This document shows positions 46,349 to 56,100 of a stretch of 64,000 nucleotides of DNA, piece by piece. The position numbers were made by a program, and so were the translations under genes. The notes under the pieces were generated by a model. That model saw only the letters and a list, made by a program, of their open reading frames with translations. It was not told where the DNA came from and made no database searches. Every line of letters begins with the position of its first letter. Positions within the stretch are counted from its first letter, which is position 1. Source of the DNA: an uncultured Acidobacteriota bacterium (GTDB lineage: Bacteria > Acidobacteriota > UBA6911); contig CAWIVH010000012.1 of assembly GCA_963839475.1 (NCBI GenBank), positions 407,711-471,710 on the forward strand, written 5' to 3'.

Positions 46349-49324
46349 ATGACCAAGACCCCTCCGCGACTTTTGATTGAAGAGTGGTTACCAGCCGCAG
46401 CAATTGGCGTCGAGTGCATTCGTGAACGGTCCACCGGTCAACAACCGCCTGACAAACGGCTCCATGTGTGGTGGGCGCGCCGTCCACTGACGGTTTCGAG
46501 GGCGGCCGTTCTGGCCTCGTTGCTTCCTGCCGATTTCCCGCGCGACATCTTCGAACGGCTGCTCGGCTTTGGCAGGCCAGGCCATGAGCTCGTCGAGATT
46601 CGAGGGCTCATGGACGCGGCATTTCGAGTACCAGGAGGATTCAATTGTGAACGAGCTTTTAAACGCGCTCTTCGTGATGATGATCTGGAAAACGCGCACA
46701 AGGCAGCTAAGAAGCTCTGGGGACCGGAGATCACAGTGATTGATCCGATGGCTGGAGGTGGTTCAATACCACTCGAATCCTCTCGGCTTGGATTCACCAC
46801 TCTGGCTAATGAATACAATCCTGTCGCGTGTTCAGTGCTGGAGGCGACGATAGATTACCCCTTCCGCTTTGGAGAGGCACTCGCCCGAAAAACTCGAACG
46901 TGGGCAAGAGTCTGGGAGGAGCGCGTTGAGGAACGCTTGGCCCCGTTCTATCCGGTCCATCGTCTAGCCAAGGTCCATGCTTACATTTTTGCCCGCACAG
47001 TACCGTGTCCTGACACACAGCACCCGACGCCGCTTGTACCCGACTGGCATCTCTTAAAGCCCAAGAGCGAGCGCGGTCGCGTTGCCGCTGAACCGCTCGT
47101 GAACAAGCAACAAGGCACCTGGACCGTTCGGATCCGCCAAATCGGCCGTGGCGCTGGCGAGTTGTCCCAGCCACCACGTCCCTCCTTTGATGATGGAAAA
47201 GGAATTTCGCTGTTTACGGGATTCCAAATTCCTGCGGACTACGTTCAATCGATGGCGCTCGCGGGAAAGATGGGGCACGCCCTCTACGCGGTTTGTGTAA
47301 AAACGAACCGGGGCATTGAATTCTGTTCCCCGGAAGACAAGGACGTTATTGCTCTTCGCGCGGCGGAGCGAGAACTCGGCACGAGGCGACCTAATTGGCT
47401 GCGCGCTGGGCTAATTCCAACCGAGAAGGTTCCCAAGGGCGACAAGACGGGAGGTAATGGCGGTAAAGGCACTGACTTGCCACTAAAGAGGGGTGAAAAG
47501 CTTTGGACAGATATGTTTACGCCACGACAACTTCTCTCGATAGGCCTAATGGTTGAGGAACTGGGCAAGCTCAGGTCAGAGGTAACTCGTGCAGAGGGTA
47601 CCGAGCTCGCAGAAGCAGTCATCCATCTGTTGGCGCTCGTGATTGACAAGTTTTTGAACCACAACTGTTCGGGTACCAGATGGGAAAATACACAAGCTGC
47701 TATCAAGAGCCGCATGGACCGCCACGATTATGCATTCAAGACCACCTTCGCCGAAATGCCAACATGCAATGCCGGTGGCGGTCTTGCCTGGGCTATCGAT
47801 AACGTGCTTTTGGCATACCAAGCCATTTCTGAACTTTCTCACCATGTGCGAGCAACTCCAGTAGATATTTCGATGGGTAGTGCAACGACTCTAGCGCAAC
47901 TCAGTAGTAAATCGATCACGGCTGTGGTAGTGGATCCACCTTACGCCGACAACGTACAGTACTCAGAACTCGCAGATTTTTTTTACGTTTGGCTAAAACG
48001 AACACAGGGACACCGACGTCCGGAGTGGTTCTCCACATATTTGTGTGATCACGATCAGGAAGCCGTCGTCAACAAGAGCAGACATCGTGTTGACACTGCA
48101 AGCACCGCAGAGGCTCGCGCAAAGGCTCACGCCTTCTATCAGGGATTGATGACCGATACCTTCAAGGAGGCTGGGCGCATCCTTTGCGATGATGGTGTGT
48201 TGACCGTAATGTTCACACACAAGAAGCAGGAAGCCTGGGAAGCGTTGTTCAACTCGCTTGTTAAAGCAGGGTTTATTATCACAGCCACTTGGCCTGTGAA
48301 AACCGAAAGTGAATACAGCCTCAATCAAGCAAAGAAGAACGCTGCTCAAAGCACAGTAATCCTGGTGGCACGGAAACGTCCGTCCGGCGCAGGCATCGGT
48401 TACTTTGATGCTGCCATGCGCCAGGAAATTAGAAAGAAGGCTCGAGACACTGCGAAACGTCTCCAGGGCGAGGGACTGAACCCTGTCGATCAGTTAGTCG
48501 GATCCTTCGGTCCTGCTATGGAGGTATACAGCCGATTCGATGAGGTCCGTACTGACACCGGGAAAGAGGTCGTCGTATCTCAGGCAATCGACGAAGCATC
48601 TGACGCCGTCAGTAAGTGGAGGGTCGATCAGCTTTCTGATCGCGGCCTCGAAGGGATTGAGGCGGAAGGGAGGTTCGCGCTGCTGTGCTGGGATGTGCTC
48701 GGTGCCGCGGAGTTCCGCTTCAATGAAGCAAAGCTATTGGGCCATGCAGTTGGGATGGATGTCGACCAGCTTGCCGCAGCCGGACTTGTCACCAAGACAG
48801 GTGACAAGATTCAAATGTTGTCGGCGAGAGACCGCCGGAGAAGCAAGGCGTTGGAGCCGGACGAGGTAGTCGAGACGCTCTTCGGCCTTGTAACCGTAGG
48901 AGGCAAGAAGGCCAAGAAAAAGGACGCTCTCAAGGTCCATCCGAATGACCCGCAATTCCGCACGGCGCTCGACGCGTGCCATGCTCTCGCCCTGCGGTAC
49001 ATTGAAGCCGGGAACCCGGCCGGCGGGATTGGCGCAGCAAGGGCGCTAGTACGACAGCAGAACTGGAGTAAGGATTCAGCAGCAGCAAAGCTTATGGAAG
49101 CGTTAGTCCATGCTGCGCCGCCTGCTCTTCACCATGAAAAGGGAAAGACCTCGGCAGCGACGAAGTTCCCTGAATTCCGCGCCTGGCACCAGCTGCTCAA
49201 GCCCCTGTTTGGCATCGAGCCGCCCGACTGGACCGAAAAAGCTCCACCACAGGGTGTGCTGTTTGCGGAACCGGAAGTTGCCGAAGATAACGAGGAGTAC
49301 GACGAGGAAGAATCGGATGAATAG
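46349..49324 (+). CDS. DUF1156-type N6-adenine DNA methyltransferase
   Basis: N-terminal LIEEWLPAAAIGVECIRE…RLHVWWARRPL is the DUF1156 hallmark. The DPPY catalytic motif is at VVVDPPYADNVQYSELADFFYVWL. Confidence 0.8.
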   Translation: MTKTPPRLLIEEWLPAAAIGVECIRERSTGQQPPDKRLHVWWARRPLTVSRAAVLASLLPADFPRDIFERLLGFGRPGHELVEIRGLMDAAFRVPGGFNCERAFKRALRDDDLENAHKAAKKLWGPEITVIDPMAGGGSIPLESSRLGFTTLANEYNPVACSVLEATIDYPFRFGEALARKTRTWARVWEERVEERLAPFYPVHRLAKVHAYIFARTVPCPDTQHPTPLVPDWHLLKPKSERGRVAAEPLVNKQQGTWTVRIRQIGRGAGELSQPPRPSFDDGKGISLFTGFQIPADYVQSMALAGKMGHALYAVCVKTNRGIEFCSPEDKDVIALRAAERELGTRRPNWLRAGLIPTEKVPKGDKTGGNGGKGTDLPLKRGEKLWTDMFTPRQLLSIGLMVEELGKLRSEVTRAEGTELAEAVIHLLALVIDKFLNHNCSGTRWENTQAAIKSRMDRHDYAFKTTFAEMPTCNAGGGLAWAIDNVLLAYQAISELSHHVRATPVDISMGSATTLAQLSSKSITAVVVDPPYADNVQYSELADFFYVWLKRTQGHRRPEWFSTYLCDHDQEAVVNKSRHRVDTASTAEARAKAHAFYQGLMTDTFKEAGRILCDDGVLTVMFTHKKQEAWEALFNSLVKAGFIITATWPVKTESEYSLNQAKKNAAQSTVILVARKRPSGAGIGYFDAAMRQEIRKKARDTAKRLQGEGLNPVDQLVGSFGPAMEVYSRFDEVRTDTGKEVVVSQAIDEASDAVSKWRVDQLSDRGLEGIEAEGRFALLCWDVLGAAEFRFNEAKLLGHAVGMDVDQLAAAGLVTKTGDKIQMLSARDRRRSKALEPDEVVETLFGLVTVGGKKAKKKDALKVHPNDPQFRTALDACHALALRYIEAGNPAGGIGAARALVRQQNWSKDSAAAKLMEALVHAAPPALHHEKGKTSAATKFPEFRAWHQLLKPLFGIEPPDWTEKAPPQGVLFAEPEVAEDNEEYDEEESDE

Positions 49325-49371
49325 CATCATGCGATCCGAAATGTGGATCCGTTGGTAATGGGCCAAGACTA

Positions 49372-52300
49372 ATGAGCGACAGTTACCTGCAAGAACGGTC
49401 ATGGCGAAGATTTCTTCGCGGGCCTGATCCCGCCCTCCTGGAAGAACTCTACGTCCCTGCATTAGCGTCCGCCGTAGGATATGATCGTTGTTGTTCCTAT
49501 TTCTCCAGCTCGGTTCTGGCAGCCGCAGCACGAGGTTTCGGCCGGTTGATTGAGCGGCTCGAGGCCATGGGTGATAGTGCTCCGCGCCCTGCAATTCGTC
49601 TGGTCGTAAACGAGGAATTGATAGAAGAGGATGTCCGCGTTCTTACCGAGACCGGCGACATCGATACCCTGGAGGAGGTCCTCAACCGGCGTTTTAAAAA
49701 TCCTAAGGAGATGTTGGAAAAACAGCGGCTCGCCATGCTCGGCTGGCTGGTGAAGAAAGGGCTTCTCCAGGTTCGCGTCGGTGTCATGCGCCAAAGCGGA
49801 GGCATCGTCCACGCAAAGTTCGGCATTGCGACGGATCATGCCGGGGATGCAATAGTCTTTAGTGGCAGCGGAAACGAATCAGCCTCAGGACTCCTGGCAA
49901 ACTATGAACGTCTCGAAGTATCCACCTCGTGGGAAGATCCAGTTCGCCTCCGGGAATATCGGGACGAATTCGAATCCCTCTGGAACGATAGCCATCCCGA
50001 TGTCCATACAGTTTCGCTGCCGGAGGCTCTCCGGCTGAAATTGATTAAACTGGCTCCCAAGGAACCTCCGATCATTGAGCCGTCGAATGCCGCCGCCAGA
50101 CATAAAGCGGCAATGCTCTGGCGTTTTATCGTCGAAGCCCCCTATCTGGAGAATGGAGGCCCGTCTTGTGATGCGACCGCAATGGTGGATTTATGGCCGC
50201 ATCAGCGCCGGGTCGTCGAGGAAGCAGCCGAAGCATGGCCGGATGGACGCCTCCTTTGTGACGAAGTCGGGATGGGAAAAACCATCGAAGCAATCCTGGT
50301 ACTGCGGCGCCTCATGGCGGGTCGAGGAGTACGACGGGCGCTGCTCCTGCTTCCGGCAGGACTCCTTAAACAGTGGCAGGGCGAACTGCGCGAAAAAGGT
50401 GGACTTGTGTTCCCACGCCTCGAGGGCGTGAATACTTTGGTTTGGCCGGATGACCAGATTCAAAAAGTATCAGGCCTGCCTGAGGCCCTAACGCAGGATT
50501 TCCTCTTGATGAGCCGCGAGACTGCCCGGACGGAGGGCAACTTTCCACACCTCCTCGCCGCCGAATCCTGGGATTTGGTAATCCTCGATGAAGCTCACGC
50601 CGCCAGGCGTCGTGAGCAGGTAGAGGGGGAGTTTAATCGGGGAACGCTTCTGTTGGACCTTTTGAGGAAGTTGCAGCTGCACAAAAAAACCCGCGGCATC
50701 CTCCTCCTTAGCGCAACGCCCATGCAAACGCATCCCTGGGAGCCATGGGATTTGCTCACAATCCTAGGCGAAGGGGGACGATGGCTCGCCGATTTTGCGG
50801 GTGTCCGGAACTACTATGGGATCATTGCAGAGCTTGGAAGGGGCGGATGTGATCTGGTAGATGCTCTGAAAGCAGCAGAGCTGATAGTAGCAGATCCGCG
50901 ATTTCCTAAGGCGCCACAAGAACTGAACCTCGTGAAATTGGAATCTACTGATGCGATTGCCCGGGCTATTGCATTCGCTCCGCCAACCCGCCGGTCAAAA
51001 GTCGCTGAGTGGCTCCGCCGAAGTTCACCTCTTGCCCGGCGGATGCATCGGAACACTCGCTCCACTCTCAGGCAATATCATGCCGCCGGTCTCCTGTCCG
51101 CACCGCCTCCCAGCAGGGTCGTAAATGACGTAGTCTTTGACTTCAAAGATGAAGGCGAGCGCCATGTATATGATTCCATAACCCAATACATTGAGCGGCG
51201 ATTTCAGGAATTGGAGGCGGAAAAACCCGGTAAGGGCTTTGTGATGACAATCTATCGTCGGCGTGCCTCCAGTTCTCCCCTGGCGCTGGAAAGAAGCCTG
51301 CGGCGCCGGAGGGATGGCCTAGTGCGCGTCGTTGAACAGCGCGCCTACGACACGTGGATTCCGTACGAGGAAAACGTAGACAACCGCGACCTGGATGACC
51401 TTGGCGAAGTGGAGATGGGTGAACGGATATCTGCGGCACTCCCAACCAACCCGAAAATTGCCCGGGCCGAATTAACCGATGTGGATCACATCCTTGAAGA
51501 TCTTCAATCATTGAGGGGTCGGGACAGCAAGAGAGACCGCTTCTTCCAGGAATTGCGACGAGTAACTGAGGACGGGCGTTCGGTCCTGATTTTCACCGAA
51601 TACTCCGACACGATGGAATACATCCGCGAGAACCTGGTCACTCATTACGGAGCTGCCTTGGGCTGCTACAGCGGTGAGGGCGGCCAAATCTGGGATGGAC
51701 AGGGCTGGAAAACTGTTACCAAAGATGCCATTACGCAGGAACTGCATGCAGGGCGGCTGCAGGCTCTGGTATGCACAGATGCAGCAAGCGAGGGACTCAA
51801 CTTGCAGGCCGCCGGCGCCGTAATCAATTACGACCTTCCATGGAATCCGAGCAAGGTGGAGCAGCGGATTGGCCGCGTCGACCGCATCGGTCAGAAGTTG
51901 ATCGATGTGCGCGTCGTCAATCTCTTCCTCGAACACAGCGTTGACGAACGCGTCTACAAACTTCTGCGGCAGCGTTGCGGTCTGTTTGAACACTTCGTTG
52001 GAGCGATGCAGCCGGTGCTGGCGCGTGCTCGGAAGATGTTGCTAGGACGAGAGCCAGAGAGTCTGGTAGCACTGGAAGACTCGGTCAGCGACGTGGGTGC
52101 AGACATACTTGCCAACGAGAACTACCTGGAGAGCCTAGCGGAGACAGCATCTGTGTCGGACCCACCAGTGGCGCGGGAAGATCTGGAATTGGCGCTTGAG
52201 GCGTTAGACGGATCTTTCGGGCCTCGCGCGCGTTTGGATCACAAGAAATCACGGCAGGTAGTTCAGACGGGCACATCGAGACGACTCGAATTTGGTAGCA

Positions 52301-52962
52301 CCACGCAGGTGTTGGAAAGAGATCGAAAGCTCCTGCCACTAACGGCTTTGAGCGGCGATCTTTTCGCCCTCGCAAACAATCTAGGGCGGCCGGGCGAGTG
52401 CCTGCCATTGGTAATCGGAACCCATCAGCAGGGGGCATTCCGCCGGTCGCTTGCATATTGGGTTGGAGATGGCCAACTGACTCAGGTCGACAGCATGATT
52501 GATCTGCGAGTTCGGCTGGAATCTTGGCATGGCAGCTTTCCCAAACCCGCCGAATGGCTCGCGGCCGAAGCCAAGGCACGACGCGAGGCGCGGAGGCAAG
52601 TGGAACAGATGGCAAACCGGGCCGCGGAACGCGAACGCCTCGCTCTAAAGCGGCAACTAGAAGCTGCACGCCTGCGCCTGAAGCGCGAACTCGGCCGATA
52701 TCTCGCCTGCCTCGATTTGGGGACAGAAGACCTGAACGCTGTCCTTCACCAACAAATGACCAGGGATATCGTCGGCGCTGAGCGTCTCAAAACCGCCTGG
52801 TCAAAGCTCGGCGGCTATCCGGAATGGGAACCGGAACTAATTCGAGAGTTGGACCAGTTCACTCAGTCGCTATTGGAAGGCCAGCGCCGCGCCCGCCTTC
52901 TTGGCAAGGAGCTCGATGCCGCGTTGGAAGATCCGCGCTGGGATGCACGGCTATCTGCCTAG
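49372..52962 (+). CDS. PLD-family (HKD) nuclease domain fused to a SNF2-family helicase
   Basis: N-terminal HAKFGIATD…FSGSGNESASG (HxK…D…GSxN PLD motif). Helicase motifs LCDEVGMGKTIEA (I), LVILDEAHAARRRE (II), VCTDAASEGLNLQAAGAVINYDLPWNPSKVEQRIGRVDRIGQ (V/VI). Confidence 0.8.
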   Translation: MSDSYLQERSWRRFLRGPDPALLEELYVPALASAVGYDRCCSYFSSSVLAAAARGFGRLIERLEAMGDSAPRPAIRLVVNEELIEEDVRVLTETGDIDTLEEVLNRRFKNPKEMLEKQRLAMLGWLVKKGLLQVRVGVMRQSGGIVHAKFGIATDHAGDAIVFSGSGNESASGLLANYERLEVSTSWEDPVRLREYRDEFESLWNDSHPDVHTVSLPEALRLKLIKLAPKEPPIIEPSNAAARHKAAMLWRFIVEAPYLENGGPSCDATAMVDLWPHQRRVVEEAAEAWPDGRLLCDEVGMGKTIEAILVLRRLMAGRGVRRALLLLPAGLLKQWQGELREKGGLVFPRLEGVNTLVWPDDQIQKVSGLPEALTQDFLLMSRETARTEGNFPHLLAAESWDLVILDEAHAARRREQVEGEFNRGTLLLDLLRKLQLHKKTRGILLLSATPMQTHPWEPWDLLTILGEGGRWLADFAGVRNYYGIIAELGRGGCDLVDALKAAELIVADPRFPKAPQELNLVKLESTDAIARAIAFAPPTRRSKVAEWLRRSSPLARRMHRNTRSTLRQYHAAGLLSAPPPSRVVNDVVFDFKDEGERHVYDSITQYIERRFQELEAEKPGKGFVMTIYRRRASSSPLALERSLRRRRDGLVRVVEQRAYDTWIPYEENVDNRDLDDLGEVEMGERISAALPTNPKIARAELTDVDHILEDLQSLRGRDSKRDRFFQELRRVTEDGRSVLIFTEYSDTMEYIRENLVTHYGAALGCYSGEGGQIWDGQGWKTVTKDAITQELHAGRLQALVCTDAASEGLNLQAAGAVINYDLPWNPSKVEQRIGRVDRIGQKLIDVRVVNLFLEHSVDERVYKLLRQRCGLFEHFVGAMQPVLARARKMLLGREPESLVALEDSVSDVGADILANENYLESLAETASVSDPPVAREDLELALEALDGSFGPRARLDHKKSRQVVQTGTSRRLEFGSTTQVLERDRKLLPLTALSGDLFALANNLGRPGECLPLVIGTHQQGAFRRSLAYWVGDGQLTQVDSMIDLRVRLESWHGSFPKPAEWLAAEAKARREARRQVEQMANRAAERERLALKRQLEAARLRLKRELGRYLACLDLGTEDLNAVLHQQMTRDIVGAERLKTAWSKLGGYPEWEPELIRELDQFTQSLLEGQRRARLLGKELDAALEDPRWDARLSA

Positions 52963-53129
52963 CATCCCCTTTTGAAAAACACGAACTCGTAGCGTTAGAA
53001 ATGGGCATCAAACGCTACACTTGAGATCTTACTGATGGCCACAGTCAGCGGCATCCGCTGATACTCGTCCAATAGATCTCCACTTGATTCGACACAATTG
53101 GTTGATTCCGTGCTTGAAGAAACGGCTTT

Positions 53130-56100
53130 GTGGTTATGACCAAGCGCTCATATGGATGGAAGCGTTTCTGGTGCCCGAGGGGAGGAACCTTTAGCCTCTC
53201 TGATGGTGGGTATTTGATCGACCCAGATTCTGAGTATGGGCGTTTGCTGCATCCTGGCGCCGTTTCATTCTCTGAGATGCAAGGTTCCCCCTGCCTGATG
53301 CTGTTGGGTGAACCCGGCATTGGCAAGACAACAGCAATGGCGAGCCACTATTCACTAAGTGTCGCAGAGGCAAGTAAGACAGGTGACGCTGTTCGTTGGG
53401 TGGATCTCAATTCCTTTCAGACGGATGCCATGCTTGTCAGGGAGATCTTTGAGTCTGATGATTTCCAAGAATGGCTGAACGGTACGCACCGATTACATCT
53501 TTTCCTCGATAGTCTCGACGAGTGTCTACTGCGAATCGATTGCGTCACCGCACTCCTGATCAAGGAGCTGAACAAATGCCCCATCGAGAGGCTTGCCCTC
53601 AGGATAGCATGTCGGACAGTGGATTGGCCTGAAGGGATGGAGGGTGCGTTAACCCATCTTTGGGAAAATCAGAGTGTGGACCCATATGAGCTTCTTCCAC
53701 TCCGCCGCCTGGACGTTCAAGAAGCTGCTCGTATCGAAGGTGTCGATCCTCAGGCGTTCTTGGCAGAAATCGAGGACAAACAGGCCGTGCCACTGGCCAT
53801 TAAGCCGATTACGCTCGCCTTCCTCCTGAATAAATATCGAAAAGAGAAACAGCTCCCAACACGCCAAGCAATGCTGTATCGGGATGGCTGCCGCTTGCTC
53901 TGTGAGGAGCTGAACCAAAGTCGAAGGGATTCGCGCCAAATTGGCAGCCTGACAGCTGAACAGCGCCTAATGGTGGCTGGCCGCCTTGCTGCCGTGACAA
54001 CGCTAGGCAACCGCTTTGCTGTCTGGACCGGGACAGATTTGGGAGAGATTCCCGAGTCGGATGTTGCCGCTGCCGAACTGGTTGGCGGTAGCGAGGAAAT
54101 TGATGATAACGCTTTTGTGATTTCCGAGGCTGCCATTTTAGAAACTCTGGGAACAGGCCTTTTCTCTGCCCGTGGACCGCACCGGCTCGGTTGGGCACAC
54201 AAGACGTATGCAGAATTCCTCGCTGCTTTTTACTTGGTAAACAAAAGGTTTAGCCCCAAACAAATACTGACAATTCTGACTCATCCAGGAGACCCGGAAG
54301 CGAATCTAATACCGCAGCTCCATGAAACAGCCGTGTGGGTTGCAGGAATGGTGCCTGATGTTTTCAACCTCATCATGGAGAAGGAACCTGAAGTTCTCCT
54401 AAAAAGCGATGTTGCAGCAGCTGATGTCAGTGATCGCGAGCGTTTAGTAGACAAACTCTTGATAAGTTATGATAAGGGAAAGCTATTGGACCGAGATCGA
54501 AATCTTCGGAGCCAATACCGCAAGCTCTCCTGTCCCACATTGGCAGAACAATTGCGTCCATATATTCGCGATACATCCAAAGACGTTGTGGCCCGTCGAG
54601 CTGCAATTCAGATGGCGTACGCCAATGAAGTCAAAGAGCTTCAGGGTGACCTCCTGGATATTGCCCTGGATCCCCAGCAATCCCACGACATTCGCGTTAA
54701 TGCCGCTTACTCTCTCGTGGAAATGGGTGATGAGGAAATGCGGCTAAGACTAAAACCGCTCGCGGAAGGCACTGCAGGTGAAGATCCGGACGACGAATTA
54801 AAGGGCTGTGGCCTGTCAGCTTTATGGCCATCACACTTGACCGCGGCTGATGTATTTTCCATCTTGAGCCTACCAAAACGCGAGAGTTTATTTGGCGTGT
54901 ATCGACGCTTTCTACTGCATGAGTTGCCAGACAAGTTAAAGCCCGAGGATTTGCCAATAGCCCTTGACTGGATCCTAAAGAATGTCCAGATACATGCTTT
55001 CCCCTATGCTCTCGAGGGACTGAAAGATGCTATTATCCTGAAGGCTTGGCAGTCCCTTGAGATTCCCGCTGTACTCGATGCCTTCGCTATAACCGTTCTA
55101 TTGCTCCTGAAATCAGATCACGAAATCATCAGTCGCTTTGCGAGCCGTGATAATAAACAATTCCTCGGTGGCCAGGAGGATAGGCGACTTCTGGTTGCAA
55201 AGCGAGTTATGCAGTACATCGGACATCATGAAGAAGAGAACTTGTTTTGGTTAGGGTACGGTCAAACTTCCCTGATAAATTCCGCTGATGTCCCATGGAT
55301 TATTGACATAATGCGCGGATCTAAGTCAGACGTGATTCAATCCAACCTCGCAAAACTTGTAAGGATTATTCTTGACTGGAGAAATCCCGACCATCTTGAT
55401 GCGATCATCGTCTCAAGTCGTGAAATCCCAGCTCTCCAAAGAGAGTTCGACTGGTTTCTTAATTTTGTTGAATTCACATCTCCGCGCGCCGAGGAGATGA
55501 AGAATAGATATGCAGAGGAGCAAAGTTGGCAGCAGCGCCCTGCAAGGCCCCCGTTGGACCCTCCGCCAGATGAGCGAATAATAACCGCTTTAAATCAGTG
55601 TGAGCCTGGGGCACATCTCCAATTTATTCAGCTTACCTTTGACATGACTCTTGAGCCCAATAGTACGGAGTATCCGCCGGCGTTTTCATCCGATTTGACG
55701 GACTGTCCTGGATGGAAGAACGCCGACCCTTCAATAAGGGCTCGGATCATTGAAGCTGCGAAACAGTACATCTTTCAAGTGGATCCAGAGACTGCGTCGT
55801 GGTTGGGAAGCAATACCTATCCCTACAAAATGTTAACGGGCTATAAGGCATTCCGGCTTATCTTTCGGGAAGCCCCGATGATGTTGTCGGTCCTTACAAC
55901 TGCTACCTGGCAGAAATGGATAGGGACCCTTCTAACATACCCAATCTACAGCGACAGCCCGGAGGAGGAGTTCAAGAAAGCCCTGCTGAAGGTTGCCTAT
56001 CCACATGCCGCAGACGATCTGGTGAACTGTGTTTTCATTCTCATTGATAAAGCCAATGGGAAGAGCGAACCGCCTTTTGAATTGGAGGTAATCCTAGGCA

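Noticed and set aside
52963-53129. Short hairpin CAGCGGCATCCGCTG between the helicase and the STAND gene, as a terminator
   Set aside because: Stem is only 5-6 bp and lacks a T-run, so it is too weak to call. The intergenic region probably holds the STAND gene's own promoter instead.
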